Positions 22,055 to 34,706 of a stretch of DNA of 64,000 bases are shown here, in pieces. The notes beneath the pieces were generated by a model. That model searched no databases and was not told where the DNA came from. It saw only the letters and a program-made list of their open reading frames with translations. Each line of letters starts with the position of its first letter. Position 1 is the stretch's first letter. Source of the DNA: Azolla caroliniana (taxonomy: Eukaryota > Plantae > Polypodiophyta); assembly GCA_043228905.1 (NCBI GenBank), contig JBHGNT010000020.1, positions 1,860,001 through 1,924,000 of the forward strand, read 5' to 3'. A program made the translations under genes and the position numbers.

Positions 22055-25000
22055 TGTTGGGAATAAAGGGCCATCGTGCCTTTTATTAGTTGTAGAAAGT
22101 AGCATGCGGAAGCAAGTATAAAGACAGAACAGAAGGAAGAACACTCAGGTTTAATGGAGAGCTTGAGCTTACACAGTATACGCGGGAGAGACCGAGAGAG
22201 TGAGAGAGAAGACACCAAAAGGAGAATGTGTATATTAGAAAGGAAAAAAAACAACAACAAACATATATTTGTTCAATGAACACTTTGTACAAGTCCTAGG
22301 AGGACTGACCGAAGTACTGACAGTACTTCAATGCTCATTAAGAGCTCTTACACTAACTCCCAAATATATTCCTCATGGAATATCTTTCCTAACGGCCTAA
22401 CCGATCGGTCCCAACCGATCCGGTCCTCGGCTTCTTCAGCCGATCTGGCCGATGTTGAGCTTGTCTCTCAACATTAGTGCACGAGTGTGAACGCACTTGT
22501 AGCACACTTTTGACTTGTGTATACATAATATCTAAAAACCAAAAAAGACGTACACTCTTTGTACCCAAGACAGTGTGCATCTCTCTCTCCCTTTGTCTCT
22601 CACTCAGACTCTCTCCCTCTCTATTTTTGACCTAAACCCTGATCCTCGTGCTGCCTTCAAACTGGTATCAAAGCTGGGCTTAGGGTTTTCTGCAAAGCAG
22701 AGTTTAGGTTTTTCTACAGAGCAGAGTTTAGGGTTTTCTGCAGTGCAGGTTTGGTCCTCCGTTTGGGCTAAGAAATCATGGCTAGCAGTAGTGAAATTAG
22801 CCACCTTATGCACATCAAGAAGCTTGAGGGTGCACATAACTTTGCGGTTTGGAAAAAGCAGTGCTACAACATCCTGTTGTAGAAGAAGCATGCAAAGCCA
22901 ATTAAAGTCAAAGGGGTAAAGCCTACAAATATGGACGAAGATGATTGGCAAGAGTTGAACGAGCTTGCACGCTCGACTATTGAGTTGTGGATTTCTGATG
23001 CCTTGTTGTTTAACATCAAAGGTTTGGATTGTGCTTATTCTAGATGAACTGTATGCCCAGAAGACGGCAGCTAGCAAAGTTTATTGGCTTAAGAAACTTA
23101 TGGATTTGCGCATGACAGAGGGTACACCCATGTCAACCCACCTGAGTTAGTTCAATTCCATTTTCAGCCAGCTGGCTGCCTGGAAATTCATCATTGATGA
23201 TGAGTTTAAGGCCACGTTTTTACTTTGCACCTTGCCAGAAAGTTGGGATACTTTCAGGACTGCTATGAGCAATTCAAATGCGATGCTTCTTTATGCCGAT
23301 GTAGAGAGTTCTCTACTCATGGAAGAGATGAGTAAGCAAAACAATGCATCCAATAAGTCCTCTAGTGCGTTGCATATGAGGGGTAGGTCACAACAGAGAG
23401 GCAAATCTAATAGTTATGGCCGTAGTAAATCACATGGTAAAGATGTAGAATGACATCACTGTGGCAAAAAGGGTCACTTTAAACGTGATTGTTTCAAATA
23501 GAAGAAAGAGAAAGGAAAGGGCAAGAAGATAGATGATTTCATAGAAGAAAAGAGAACATTCAACCAAGGAAAGGCATTACTAAAATTGAAGAGGGGAATG
23601 TAGTCACTCATGATAGTGATAGTGGAAATGATGTACTCTTTGTTTCATCATGCCATAGAGAACATGCTTTACTTGCAGATACGGACGATGACAAGCACAC
23701 TTGGATACTCGATTCTGGTGCTTCTTTTCACATCACCCCTCATTGTGAGTGGTTTTCAGATTACATAGGGGGTCGACATGGTGTTGTCATCTTGGGGACA
23801 ACTATGTATGTGAAATTGCAGGTATTGGCACTGTGCAATTACAGTTTCAACATGGTTCTGCTTTCACACTTCAGCATATACAGCATGTACCTCAGCTCAA
23901 GAAGAGCTTCATTAGCACATGACAGCTAGATGATGATCGATTTCACACAACCTTTGGTGATGGGAAATGGAAGATTTGTAAGGGATCTAGAGTTATTGCC
24001 AAGGGTAGTAAAAGTGATACTTTGTATCCTCTCCATGTATATAGTGTGAGTGACCATGTCGTTGCCATAACTGAGCAACCTAGTGTTTCTTTGTGGCATG
24101 GGCGGTTGGGACACATGAGTGAAATTGGTATGAAAGTATTGTCTTGTTTGGGTTACTTGCCATGTCTTCGTTATGTTGATTTTGAACATTGTGATCGTTG
24201 CATTTATGGTAAACATGTACAAACATCTCATAAAAAGTCTCTTTCACTGAAGTCATCCCCGCTTGAGTTAGTACATTCAGATGTATGTTAGAGGCCAGGG
24301 CTATCATTAGGGGGAAAGAAATACTTAGTCACTTTTGTTGATGATGCTACACGAAAGGTATGGGTTTACCCTATTCGTAACAAGGATGAAGTGCTCGACA
24401 AGTTTCGAACATTTTTGGCATTAGTTGAGAATCAAATTGATAAGACACTTAAGTGTCTTCGCTCTGACAATGGTGGGGAATATGTGTCCAAGGCTTTTCA
24501 AGCATTTTGTGACAACAAAGGGATAAAGAGGGAACTCATTGCCCCTTATAATCCACCCCAAAATGGAGTTGCAAAGCATATGAATCGGACTATTCAAGAT
24601 AAGGTCCGTACTATGTTGTCTCATGTCGTGTTACCCCATGGTTTTTGGGCAGAGGCTGTTATGACAGTTGTTCACTTGATTAATCGGTCACCTAACAGGT
24701 CTTTGGGAGGGGGAATACCCCAAGAAGCGTGGTCGGGTAAGCCACCTTCATATGCTCACTTGAGAGTGTTTGGCTGTGAGGTTTTTGTGCACATTCATAA
24801 AGAAGAACGCAACAAACTTGAGCCAAAGTCCTACAAATGTATTTTCCTAGGATATGGTGACGAGGGTGAAATGGGGTATAGATTGTGGGATCCCGAGAAA
24901 AGAAAAATAGTACGCAGCAATGATGTTATCTTCCGGGAAAATCGCATGCATAAACAACCCGAAAAGACTGAGGAAGTACGTAGGGTTGTATTCCGAGAAG

Positions 25001-27151
25001 AAATACCTTTTAGACAGGAAAATGTGCTCATTGTACAACAGCAAACACCTGTTGTAAACTTACTTGCAAATGCAGAAAATGAGGTTGGAAATTATCAATC
25101 AACCTTTGCCAATAATGATGAGCCACCAAATGTGCAGGAATGGCTAGAACAACAAGCTGTTAATGCTTATTTGCAGGCTGAAATGCTTGGACAGCAAGCT
25201 GAAAATGATGATTTGCAAGCTCAACAGCTACCAAACAATGAGCATTGGGTTAGGAGATTGTCTAGAGTTACTAGAAAGCCTGACAGATTTGTTCTTGATG
25301 CAAACAGTGTGGCTGATTATGTCATGGTAACTAATTGTGGCGAACCGACTTGCTTCAAGGAAGCAATGGACAGACATGACAATAAGAAATGGTATAAAGC
25401 CATGTTGTCAGAGATGAAATCTCTTGAGAAAAATGACACTTGGGATTTGGTGCAGTTGCCTAAAGGGCAGAAAACACTTCCATGCAAATGGGTTTATCAA
25501 ATGAAGGTCATTTCTGATTCCTCGCCAAAGTACAAAGCAAGATTGGTTGCAAAAGGATACAAGCAGGAATATGGAGTTGATTTTGAAGAGATCTTCTCGC
25601 CTGTAGTCAAGATGACTACATTAAGAATAATTTTGGGCTTAGTTGCAGTTGAAGATATGGAGCTCATATAGATGGATGTGAACACCGCCTTTTTACATGG
25701 CAATCTGCATGAAGACATATATATGCAACAACATGAAGGTTTTGTGGCTAAAGGCAAAGAGAAGATGGTTTGTAAGCTCAAAAGGAGTTTCTATGGGTTG
25801 AAACAAGCACCAAGAGAATGGTATCATAAATTTGATGCATGTATGCAGTCTCAAGGTTTTCATAGAAGTCAAGTGGACCACTGCTTGTACACCAAGAAGG
25901 CAGGAGATGGCAGCCTCATTATCTTGGTTTTGTATGTTGATGATATGTTGATTGCTGGCAAGGATATTCATGCATTGGATTCATTGAAGCAGAGCCTTCA
26001 TGGCAGCTTTGATATGAAGGAACTTGGTGATGCAAATCACATCCTTGGCATGTGAATACTCCGAAACCAGTCGAAAGGGGTACTCTTTCTATCTCAACAA
26101 GAATATATCTCTAAGGTTTTGCAACGTTTCATATATGGAGGGGGGGGGGGGGGGGGATTGAGGTTCCATTGCCTCCATATTTGAAACTCAATGTAGAAGA
26201 CAGCCCCAGATCTGATGATGAAAAGGCTAAAATGGCTAAGGTTCCATATGCTTCAGCCGTTGGCAGTTTGATATATGTGATGGTTGCTACACGCCCTGAT
26301 ATTGCCTTTGTAGTGGGAGTGGTTAGTGGGTACATGGCAAATCCTGAAAAAAAGCATTGGGAAGCGGTGAAGGTATTATGAGATACCTCAAAGGCACAAA
26401 GGACTTGGACATTTGCTTTGGAAAGCAAAAGGCATATGTTGTTGGTTTTACGGATGCAGACTATGCTGGTCACACAAACTACAGCTAGTCTACTTTCACA
26501 GGAGGAGCGGTCTCTTGGATCTCTAGACTACAAAAGTGTGTTGTATTGTCTACTGTAGAGGCAGAATATGTTGCTGCCACTGAGGCATGCAAAGAGGCTT
26601 TATGGTTTTCATATCTAGTGAGAGATCTTGTCATTACAGAGTTACCTATTCTTCATTGTGATAGCTAGAGTGCTATCATGCTAGCTCGGAATCCCATCTT
26701 TCATGCAATGACGAAGCACATAAAGGTGAAGTATCACTTCATCAGAGATGTACTTGATAACAAGAACAACGAGCTTGTCAAAGTACATACAAATAATAAT
26801 CCTGCAGATCTTTTCACGAAGGGTCTTCCAGCTGAGTGATTTGCTCATTGCTGACAGATGATGGGAGTTGGATAGATGTATGTAGTTCAGCTTTGTACAT
26901 ACTTGGACTTAGCTGACTTTTTTTTTTCTTCTTCTCACGGCACATTGCCTTTAGGTGGGAGGTTGTTGGGAATAAAGGGCCAGCACTCGTAGCACACTTT
27001 TGACTTGTATATACATAATATCTAAAAACCAAAAAAGATGTACACTCTTTGTACCCAAGACAGTGTGCATCTCTCTCTCCCCCTTTGTCTCTCACTCAGA
27101 CTCTCTCCCTCTTTGTTTTTGACCTAAACCCTAATCCTCGTGCTACCTTCA
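22055..27151 (+). mobile_element. Ty1/copia element G, decayed, inserted in E RT
   Basis: 5' LTR 22055-22659, PBS TGGTATCAAAGC 22663, PPT at 26951-26962, internally deleted 3' LTR 26964-27151; host sequence rejoins across a GTT duplication. Confidence 0.9.
22778..26875 (+). pseudogene. G gag-pol (many stops and frameshifts)
   Basis: [45 protein letters not shown]. Confidence 0.88.
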
Positions 27152-28635
27152 GTTTTGACATCTAGTTGAATCAACTCCAAGTTTTCGGCTGCCACTACGC
27201 CCAGCATGAAGTGAAGGGTGGTCATTTTCACCACTGGTGAAAACATTTCGTCGAAGTCAACGCCGTATTCCTGTCGAAAGCCCTTTGCTACTAATCTGGC
27301 CTTGAATTTCGGGGTGGCCGAACCAGACGTTGTCGCGTTGTTACGCGCATGCGTGGAGAAAGGCGGGACCACGGGGGTCTTGGACTAGGGGGTGACGGAG
27401 CGTAGGAAGTCGTACTTCACCGTTTCTGGGGCATCCCAGAAGGACACCGGAAGCAACCGAAGGGAGAGGGAGAAAGAGAGGGAGCGCGCGCTTGACACTG
27501 ACTCGCGCACACACACACACACACACACAAGCCGACCCGACTCACGCCCTTATGTACAGGAAACGCAGGAAAGGGGAAGCACCCGACACCAACAGAGACA
27601 CCAATATACACAGATAGACGCAAATGTATATATATAAAAGGAGGAATACATTCTCGACTTCGAGCCGGACCAAGGTAGGTTACAGTAGTCGTCGGCTACC
27701 AAGCCATAGGTCGGGAGCTCACGGGCTTGTCGTGCCGAGCGGGGACTTGCGCAGGAGACGAGCTGAAGCCAACCCTAAGCGAACACGAAGGGGAAGAAGA
27801 AGAAGAAGAAGAAGAAGAAACCCTAAATCTAGCGATATACACTCTAACGCAAAATGGGCAACCCCTTTCTCAAAGGGCGCTCCCTTCCTTTTATAGAACA
27901 AGGAGAGGGATGTGTTACAATGTGGGATAAATCCCGACTTACATGGGATCGTCTGTCCCGACTTGACTACTCTTCGGCGCCATAAAGGTGCCCTCGTTAT
28001 TCACACTAAATGTACAAGGGTGAACACACATGCCGCACCCCGCCGATGTAGCCAATGTTTCCCGGTTTCCGCCTCTGGTCGAAATTCTTCACGACATCCG
28101 CCCCCACCTAACCGCACGTCCACCGGTACGTGCCAAACCCGGTGAAGGGTGAGATATTTCGGCCGGTGAGAAACCGGTCTTCCGTAATCCGCACCCCGGC
28201 TCGCTGCCGGTTTGATCCGTCAGCTTTGGTTCTTCCTTCGCGCTTACCTCCCCGTAGGCTCGTTCGACCCGTCGATGGGTCCTCTGCCGTGATCTCCGTA
28301 GTACGCGTACTTCCGTTGGCCCTTGTTTGGCCGTATGAACGCCCCGCTCCCCGCCGTATGCCCGATGTCCTCCGTTGAGGAACGCCCGTAGTGGCCCGCC
28401 TGGCCTCCCGTTTTCGTGCTGCTGCAACAGGTCCTGAGTCCTCCACTTGCCATCGTCCCCTCGCCCCCACCAGCTTGTCACCCCGGGCTTGCCGTGTCAG
28501 TCTTCGCTACTTCGACGGAGCTACCGAGATCTACGAAGCGAGTGTGGAGGATCCTCCTCCGGCCTCTCTTGCCATCCCCTAACTCCGACCCTATGCAGTC
28601 CACTAGGCACTTGTCACCTCGTTCTCGGCACCTCC

Positions 28636-28721
28636 TGTTGGAGACAAGGTCGTCTATGCGGAAGATCAAGAAGCATTCGATTCTGTTCTGAGTACCTGCG
28701 TATGGCAGTTTCCAAGATCGT

Positions 28722-28762
<41 letters not shown>

Positions 28763-31700
28763 CACAAAAGACTTTCTATTCAATAGAAACAATAATACAA
28801 CCAACCTTACAAAAAGGTTACAAGGTCACTTTATATAGTGACAAACTTAGGGCAACTACCCTTTATGCTAATTACACAAATGGCCCAAACTTGAGCTATA
28901 CAAAAGGATAGTGTGAATACGTCCATTATACACTTGTATTCGACACTCCCCCGTAATGGGCGTATACATGGGTTGTCTAAGATTACAGGTATAAACCTAG
29001 GTTCTCGGACATATCAGTTTTGTTCGAGTCGGCAGTGTCCGAAGGCAGAAGACCGGACTGGTCGGGTCGGAAGAGTTGAAGCCGATCATTAAGGAACTGA
29101 TGTCGGTTGTCCGAAACCATCCTGCGCTGTGTCCGGCTCTAACCGGACTGGTTTGTCGTTACGCCCATCTGATGCCGAAGAGACCGAAAGCGGTCTGCCG
29201 AAAGACACTTGGTCATTCCATCTGCGACATTGTCGGTTGTGGATATTTTCTCTAGACCGATTTTCCCTGAAATGACGCAGTCCCGAACGAAGTGATATCG
29301 AACGTCGATATGTTTGGAGGCGTTGTGGTGAACCGGATTTCTCGACAAGGCAACAGCACCTTGACTGTCGCTATAGACAACTGGAGCCGAGTCATGGTCG
29401 ACTTGCCGAAACGTGTGCGCCAGCCGGCCGAGCCACAAAGCTTCTTTTGCAGCGTCGGACGCAGCTACATATTCTGCTTCGGTCGTTGAGGTCGCTGTGC
29501 ACTCCTGAAGTTTCGACTTCCACGAAATTGCTCCATTGCCGAATTTGAAGCAGTATCCAGTTGTTGATTTCCGACTGTCTATACAGCCGGCGAAGTCCGA
29601 GTCGGTGTAACCGACTACGCCTGAGATTGAGTTCGGACCGAAAAGAATGCCGTGGTCTTTTGTGCCAGCTAGATATTTGAACACATGCTTGACTGCGTTC
29701 CAATGCGATCGGCCAGGATTGTGCATAAATCTGCTGACGACTCCTACGGCATGAGAAATATCAGGCCGTATCGCGACCATCAGGTACATAAGGGAGCTGA
29801 CTGCCGGTGCATACGGTACCGACTTCATATCTTCCCCCTCCGGGCCGGATGTCGGGCAGTCTCGCTGAGAGAGCCGAAGATTCATGGGGAGCGGGGTTGA
29901 AGCAGATTTGGCTGATTGCATGTTGAAGCGTTCCAAGACACGTCCGATATAGTCGGTCTGAGACAAGAAAAGATGTCGTTTATCGCGATGCCGACTAATC
30001 TTCATGCCAAGTATGTGTCGTGCCGGACCGAGGTCCTTCATGGCAAACTTCAACCGCAGTTGCCGAATGAGATCGGCAAGTTCGCCCGCGTGGCGTCCAG
30101 AAATTAGCATGTCGTCCACGTAAATGATGAGGAAGATGGGTGAGCCATCTTGAGCTGTGTTGGTAAAAAGACAATGGTCCTCATCGCTTTTTGAGAAGCC
30201 GATCGATTGGATGAAGTCGTCGAACTTCTTGTACCATTGTCGCGGTGCCTGTTTGAGGCCGTATAGACTCTTCCTGAGTCGGCAGACTAGATGTTCTTGG
30301 CCAGTTGCCACGAAGCCTTTTGGCTGCTCCATATAAATTTCCTCTTCAAGATCACCATGGAGGAAGGCTGTTTTGACATCTAGCTGAATCAGCTCCAAGT
30401 TGTCGGCTGCCACTACGCCGAGTAGAAAACGAAGGGTTGTCATTTTCACCACTGGTGAAAAAATCTCGTCGAAGTCGACGCCATATTCTTGTCGGAAGCC
30501 CTTCGCAACTAATCTGGCCTTGTACTTTGGGGTGGTCGAATCAGACATCTCTTTTAGTCGATAAACCCACTTGCAAGGAAGAGCACGTCGGTTCCTAGGT
30601 AATTCGACCAGATCCCAAGTCTTGTTTGCCCGAATGGAGTGCATTTCCGACTCCATCGCCAGATGCCAGGTGGCTGAATCGACAGATGTCGATGCTTCTT
30701 CGTAAGACGTCGGTTCGCCGGCGTCGGTGAAGAAAATTCCAGGAGAATACCTCTCCGGAGGTTGCGACAGTCTCTCGGATCGTCGAGGTATGAGTGGACT
30801 GGTCGCATCGGGTATCGAGGTCGGATGGTCCGAAAGCGAATTATTCTGCTGTGCCGAGTCAGAGTTGTCCGAGTCGGTAGTGTAAGGTTCAGCTACCCGT
30901 GAAGCTGACCGTGTGTTAAGAGCGGGGCCTTCTTGAAGGGTCGGCACATCGGAAAATGTTACCCTTCGGACTTCGATCGGTTTTTCGACTGATGGATTCA
31001 TAGCCGACTCGTTGAACACAACGTCCGAACTTCGAACGATTTGTCTGCGTTCGGGGTCCCAGAGTTGGTATCCCATTTCGCCGTCTGATCCATATCCAAG
31101 GAAAATGCATTTCCTGGACCGAGGTGCAAGTTTTCGGCGATCATCTTTCGGAATAAGGGCGTATGCCTCGCATCCGAAGATCCTCAGCTTGTCATAATTC
31201 GGCTTACTGCCGATCCATAGTTCCTGAGGAATTTGAAGTCCTAGAGGTCTGCTTGGCGACATATTGATTATGTGTACTGCCGTGAGTAGAGCCTCTGCCC
31301 AGAAGCCATCCGACAGTCCGGAGTGTTGGAGCATGGAAACTATCCGTTCTTGGATTGTCCGATTCATGCGTTCGGCAATCCCGTTTTGCTCCGGACTGTG
31401 TGGTGCCGTAAATTCACGTCGGATGCCGCGTTGTCGGCAGAATTTGACGAATTCTTCTGATTTGAACTCTCCCCCATTGTCGGTCCGAAAGCATTTCAGT
31501 TTTCGGTCGGTTTGATTTTCTACCATAGCGAGCCAATCGGAGAAGATCGAGAAGACACGATCTTTGGTGCGAATTGGATAAGCCCACACCTTTCGAGTCG
31601 AATCGTCAATAAAACTGACGAAGTAAGAGGCACCGCCGAGAGACTGATGCGGCATTGGGCCACAGACGTCCGAGTGGACTAAATCGAGAGGTCTCGTTTC

Positions 31701-33626
31701 TCTTGGTGCTGATGTCGGGTGTGATGCGGCTGCTTGTTTGCCATACTGGCAATGCTCGCAGAATTGATGGTCGGAGAAGGAGAGTTTAGGGATGTATCCG
31801 GCTCTAGATAGATGCGTAATGCCGGCCTTGCTGAGGTGTCCTAATCTTCTGTGCCATAGTGATGACACAGGAATATCCACCAAAAACAGGTTACCCTCTC
31901 TGAGCGTAACATGTAACGGATACAGTGAGTGTATCTTGGGTCCTCTAGCAAGCAGGAGGTTCCCCCTGTGGAGTGTCCACCCTCCCGAAGAAAAACCGGC
32001 ACGAATGCCGTCTTCATCTAGTTGTCCGACTGAGATCAATGGCCTTGAGAGCTCGGGTACATGTCGGACATTGTGAAGTACAAGTGTAGAGCCACCTGCA
32101 AGGTTGAGCTCTACTGTGCCGATTCCAATGATGTCACAGTGTTGCGAGTTGCCGACTCGAACTGAGTCGGAGTGACGGATCGTATATTGCCGAAATTGGG
32201 ATCTATGAGGAGTCACGTGAAATGACACGCCCGAATCTAAGAGCCATGTGCTCGATTCTTCAGTCGTGAGCAGAACTTCTGATCCGACTGGATTTTCGAT
32301 TGACAGTATATTCGGGTCGTTTGGTAGCACATCAGCTGAGAAGCTGACGTAATTGATCTCCTCATGCCGGCCACTCTTCTTGTCTGATTTTTGAGACTTG
32401 TCGTTCTTGTTCTTGAGTGCGCGGCAGTCGGCTTTGATGTGTCCGGGTTTCTTGCAATAGTTGCAGATTCGATTATCCCGTGACTGGCTCCGTCTTCGCT
32501 GATTGTTCGGCTGCCATGAGGAATCTCTTCCTCGTATGTTCGATCGGTCTGTCGAACCTTGTACTACATAAGCGTCGTCTGTTGAGTCTTTGGCGAAAGA
32601 CTTTCTCCGAGCTGCTTCGGTCAGGATTGCGCTCGTGACTTCGGAGTATTTAACAGCTGTGGTTGACGCGTTGCACACGGTTGTGACGAAAGTTTCCCAT
32701 GATGAGGGAAGGCTACTCATGAGTATCATTGCTCTGAGTTCATCCTCGATTGCCGTCCCCTGAGATGAGATTTGGGAGCTTATGCTTTCGTACTCATTGA
32801 GATGTGCTTGAACCGAATCTGATTCTTTCATTCGCAAGTTGTAGAGGCGCCGAATCAGAAACATCTTCGTTGCAGCGACCTTCTTTTCGTAAGTGTCCGA
32901 CAGAGTTTTCCACAGTTCGAATGCTGTCGTACACGATTGCACCGTAAAGTATACCGATTCCGATAGGTGTATTGTTGAACTTGCTCGAATTGACTCGGGT
33001 AACTTGAGGGACAGAACCGACTGGTCTTCCCGAATGTTGCCGAGTCGGAGTGAGCCCGGTTCGCTTCCGAATATATATGCCAAATACCGATTATTGAAAC
33101 CGATTGTCTGGACCGATTCTGCTTCGGGTGACTGCAGCAACGAGAGAGACGGATCCAACTGATCCTCCCGAATGTCGATCAGCCGGATGAAGCACGAATT
33201 GGGGTTGTTGTCTTGAGAACGATCTGCACCGAGTGGTTACAATGAGCGGCGAGCAGCGTTTGATGACCTCTTCCGATGCCGTTTAACCGAGTGGAGCACG
33301 ATCGTGTCAATGTTGCACAAGGGGATTTCACCTCGAGCGGTTACGATCACAAGAAACAGAGTACAACCGGCTGGCTTACTCCAAGCGAAGATGATCTAAC
33401 GCGATGAGATGCAAGCCTCGTTTTTCTTCTTCTTCTCTCTTCTTCGAATGACGCAGGAAACCGAATGCTGTGCAGGCTGAGACGACGGCCGACAGCGGAT
33501 TGAAGGACCGAATACTGTGCAGGCTCTGATACCAAATGTTGGAGACAAGGTCGTCTATGCGGAAGATCAAGAAGCATTCGATTCTGTTCTGAGTACCTGC
33601 GTATGGTAGTTTCCAAGATCGTGCAC

Positions 33627-33669
<43 letters not shown>

Positions 33670-33852
33670 CACAAAAGACTTTCTATTCAATAGAAACAAT
33701 AATACAACCAACCTTACAAAAAGGTTACAAGGTCACTTTATATAGTGACAAACTTAGGGCAACTACCCTTTATGCTAATTACACAAATGGCCCAAACTTG
33801 AGCTATACAAAAGGATAGTGTGAATACGTCCATTATACACTTGTATTCGACA
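28636..33852 (-). mobile_element. young Ty1/copia element D nested in C1
   Basis: LTRs 28636-28945 and 33537-33852 (about 2 substitutions plus a GA-repeat length difference), TSD CCTCC, PBS-iMet 33523-33534, PPT at 28946. Confidence 0.96.
29139..33158 (-). CDS. Copia gag-PR-INT-RT-RH polyprotein, uninterrupted 1339-codon frame (true gag start appears deleted)
   Basis: CNYCKKPGHIKADC, LLDSGVS, WHRRLGH...CEHC, RTDNGGEF, YVDDML, KHIDVRYHFVRD. The predicted start is TTG, not ATG. Confidence 0.9.
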   Translation of the reverse strand: MDPSLSLLQSPEAESVQTIGFNNRYLAYIFGSEPGSLRLGNIREDQSVLSLKLPESIRASSTIHLSESVYFTVQSCTTAFELWKTLSDTYEKKVAATKMFLIRRLYNLRMKESDSVQAHLNEYESISSQISSQGTAIEDELRAMILMSSLPSSWETFVTTVCNASTTAVKYSEVTSAILTEAARRKSFAKDSTDDAYVVQGSTDRSNIRGRDSSWQPNNQRRRSQSRDNRICNYCKKPGHIKADCRALKNKNDKSQKSDKKSGRHEEINYVSFSADVLPNDPNILSIENPVGSEVLLTTEESSTWLLDSGVSFHVTPHRSQFRQYTIRHSDSVRVGNSQHCDIIGIGTVELNLAGGSTLVLHNVRHVPELSRPLISVGQLDEDGIRAGFSSGGWTLHRGNLLLARGPKIHSLYPLHVTLREGNLFLVDIPVSSLWHRRLGHLSKAGITHLSRAGYIPKLSFSDHQFCEHCQYGKQAAASHPTSAPRETRPLDLVHSDVCGPMPHQSLGGASYFVSFIDDSTRKVWAYPIRTKDRVFSIFSDWLAMVENQTDRKLKCFRTDNGGEFKSEEFVKFCRQRGIRREFTAPHSPEQNGIAERMNRTIQERIVSMLQHSGLSDGFWAEALLTAVHIINMSPSRPLGLQIPQELWIGSKPNYDKLRIFGCEAYALIPKDDRRKLAPRSRKCIFLGYGSDGEMGYQLWDPERRQIVRSSDVVFNESAMNPSVEKPIEVRRVTFSDVPTLQEGPALNTRSASRVAEPYTTDSDNSDSAQQNNSLSDHPTSIPDATSPLIPRRSERLSQPPERYSPGIFFTDAGEPTSYEEASTSVDSATWHLAMESEMHSIRANKTWDLVELPRNRRALPCKWVYRLKEMSDSTTPKYKARLVAKGFRQEYGVDFDEIFSPVVKMTTLRFLLGVVAADNLELIQLDVKTAFLHGDLEEEIYMEQPKGFVATGQEHLVCRLRKSLYGLKQAPRQWYKKFDDFIQSIGFSKSDEDHCLFTNTAQDGSPIFLIIYVDDMLISGRHAGELADLIRQLRLKFAMKDLGPARHILGMKISRHRDKRHLFLSQTDYIGRVLERFNMQSAKSASTPLPMNLRLSQRDCPTSGPEGEDMKSVPYAPAVSSLMYLMVAIRPDISHAVGVVSRFMHNPGRSHWNAVKHVFKYLAGTKDHGILFGPNSISGVVGYTDSDFAGCIDSRKSTTGYCFKFGNGAISWKSKLQECTATSTTEAEYVAASDAAKEALWLGRLAHTFRQVDHDSAPVVYSDSQGAVALSRNPVHHNASKHIDVRYHFVRDCVISGKIGLEKISTTDNVADGMTKCLSADRFRSLRHQMGVTTNQSG

Positions 33853-34706
33853 CCTCCCTTGTGCCGTCTTCTGCTTCCTTCGTTCGGCACCACCCGTGCC
33901 GAACACTGTCCCGTAGTCACGCTTCGATCCGACCCGCGATGGCCACTGGCAAGACTCTTGTTCCGCCCAAGGTGTGCCTTTCCGGCCCGACATACCTCCT
34001 TGTGTTTGCCCCTACCGGCTCCTTCCGAAACCGTAACCGGCCGGTGAGGGTTTCGCACTTCGTCCGCCCCGTCTTACCGGCTCCCGAACCGATATCTCGT
34101 GTCACCGGGTCCCGTTCCCTGCCGCCATCGTCCTTCTCCCTAGGTCTCACTCTGCCACGTTGGCCGAGCTGCCGAGGTCTCCAGATCGGTGTGAGGGTCC
34201 CATAGGACTGGTCTTCGTTTCGTCGGTTGTCGAGATCTGGGTGTCTTCTGCGTAGTCGGGTCCCGTTTCCCACCGCCACCATCCTTCTCTCTCGGTCTCA
34301 TGTTGCCACGTTGGCCGAACTGCCGAAGTCTCTGGTTCGGTGTGGGGATCCCGTAGGACCGGACTTCCTTACGCCCACTGACCTTACTGGAAGGCTCTGA
34401 TGCCGATCTTGCCAGACTCGTTCCAAACCTTTGATCACCTTCCTTTCCAATTCCCGACCTTCGCCTGGTCGGTCTTTCTCCCCATGTAAAAGAGGGCGGC
34501 TCGTCCCGCACCCTCTTTCGTATCGGCACTTTCATGCCGAATCCGGCCCCGATCGAACAATCCACGACTGGATTCTGCTCCATCCGCATCGGAATGCCGA
34601 TCTCCTCGTGCCGCGTCCGTCCTCAGCCTCCTCACAGGCCGTTTCCCATCCATCTTCGTTGGCATCATGCCAGGACTCCTCGGTACCGCCATCCATCTCC
34701 TCGGTC

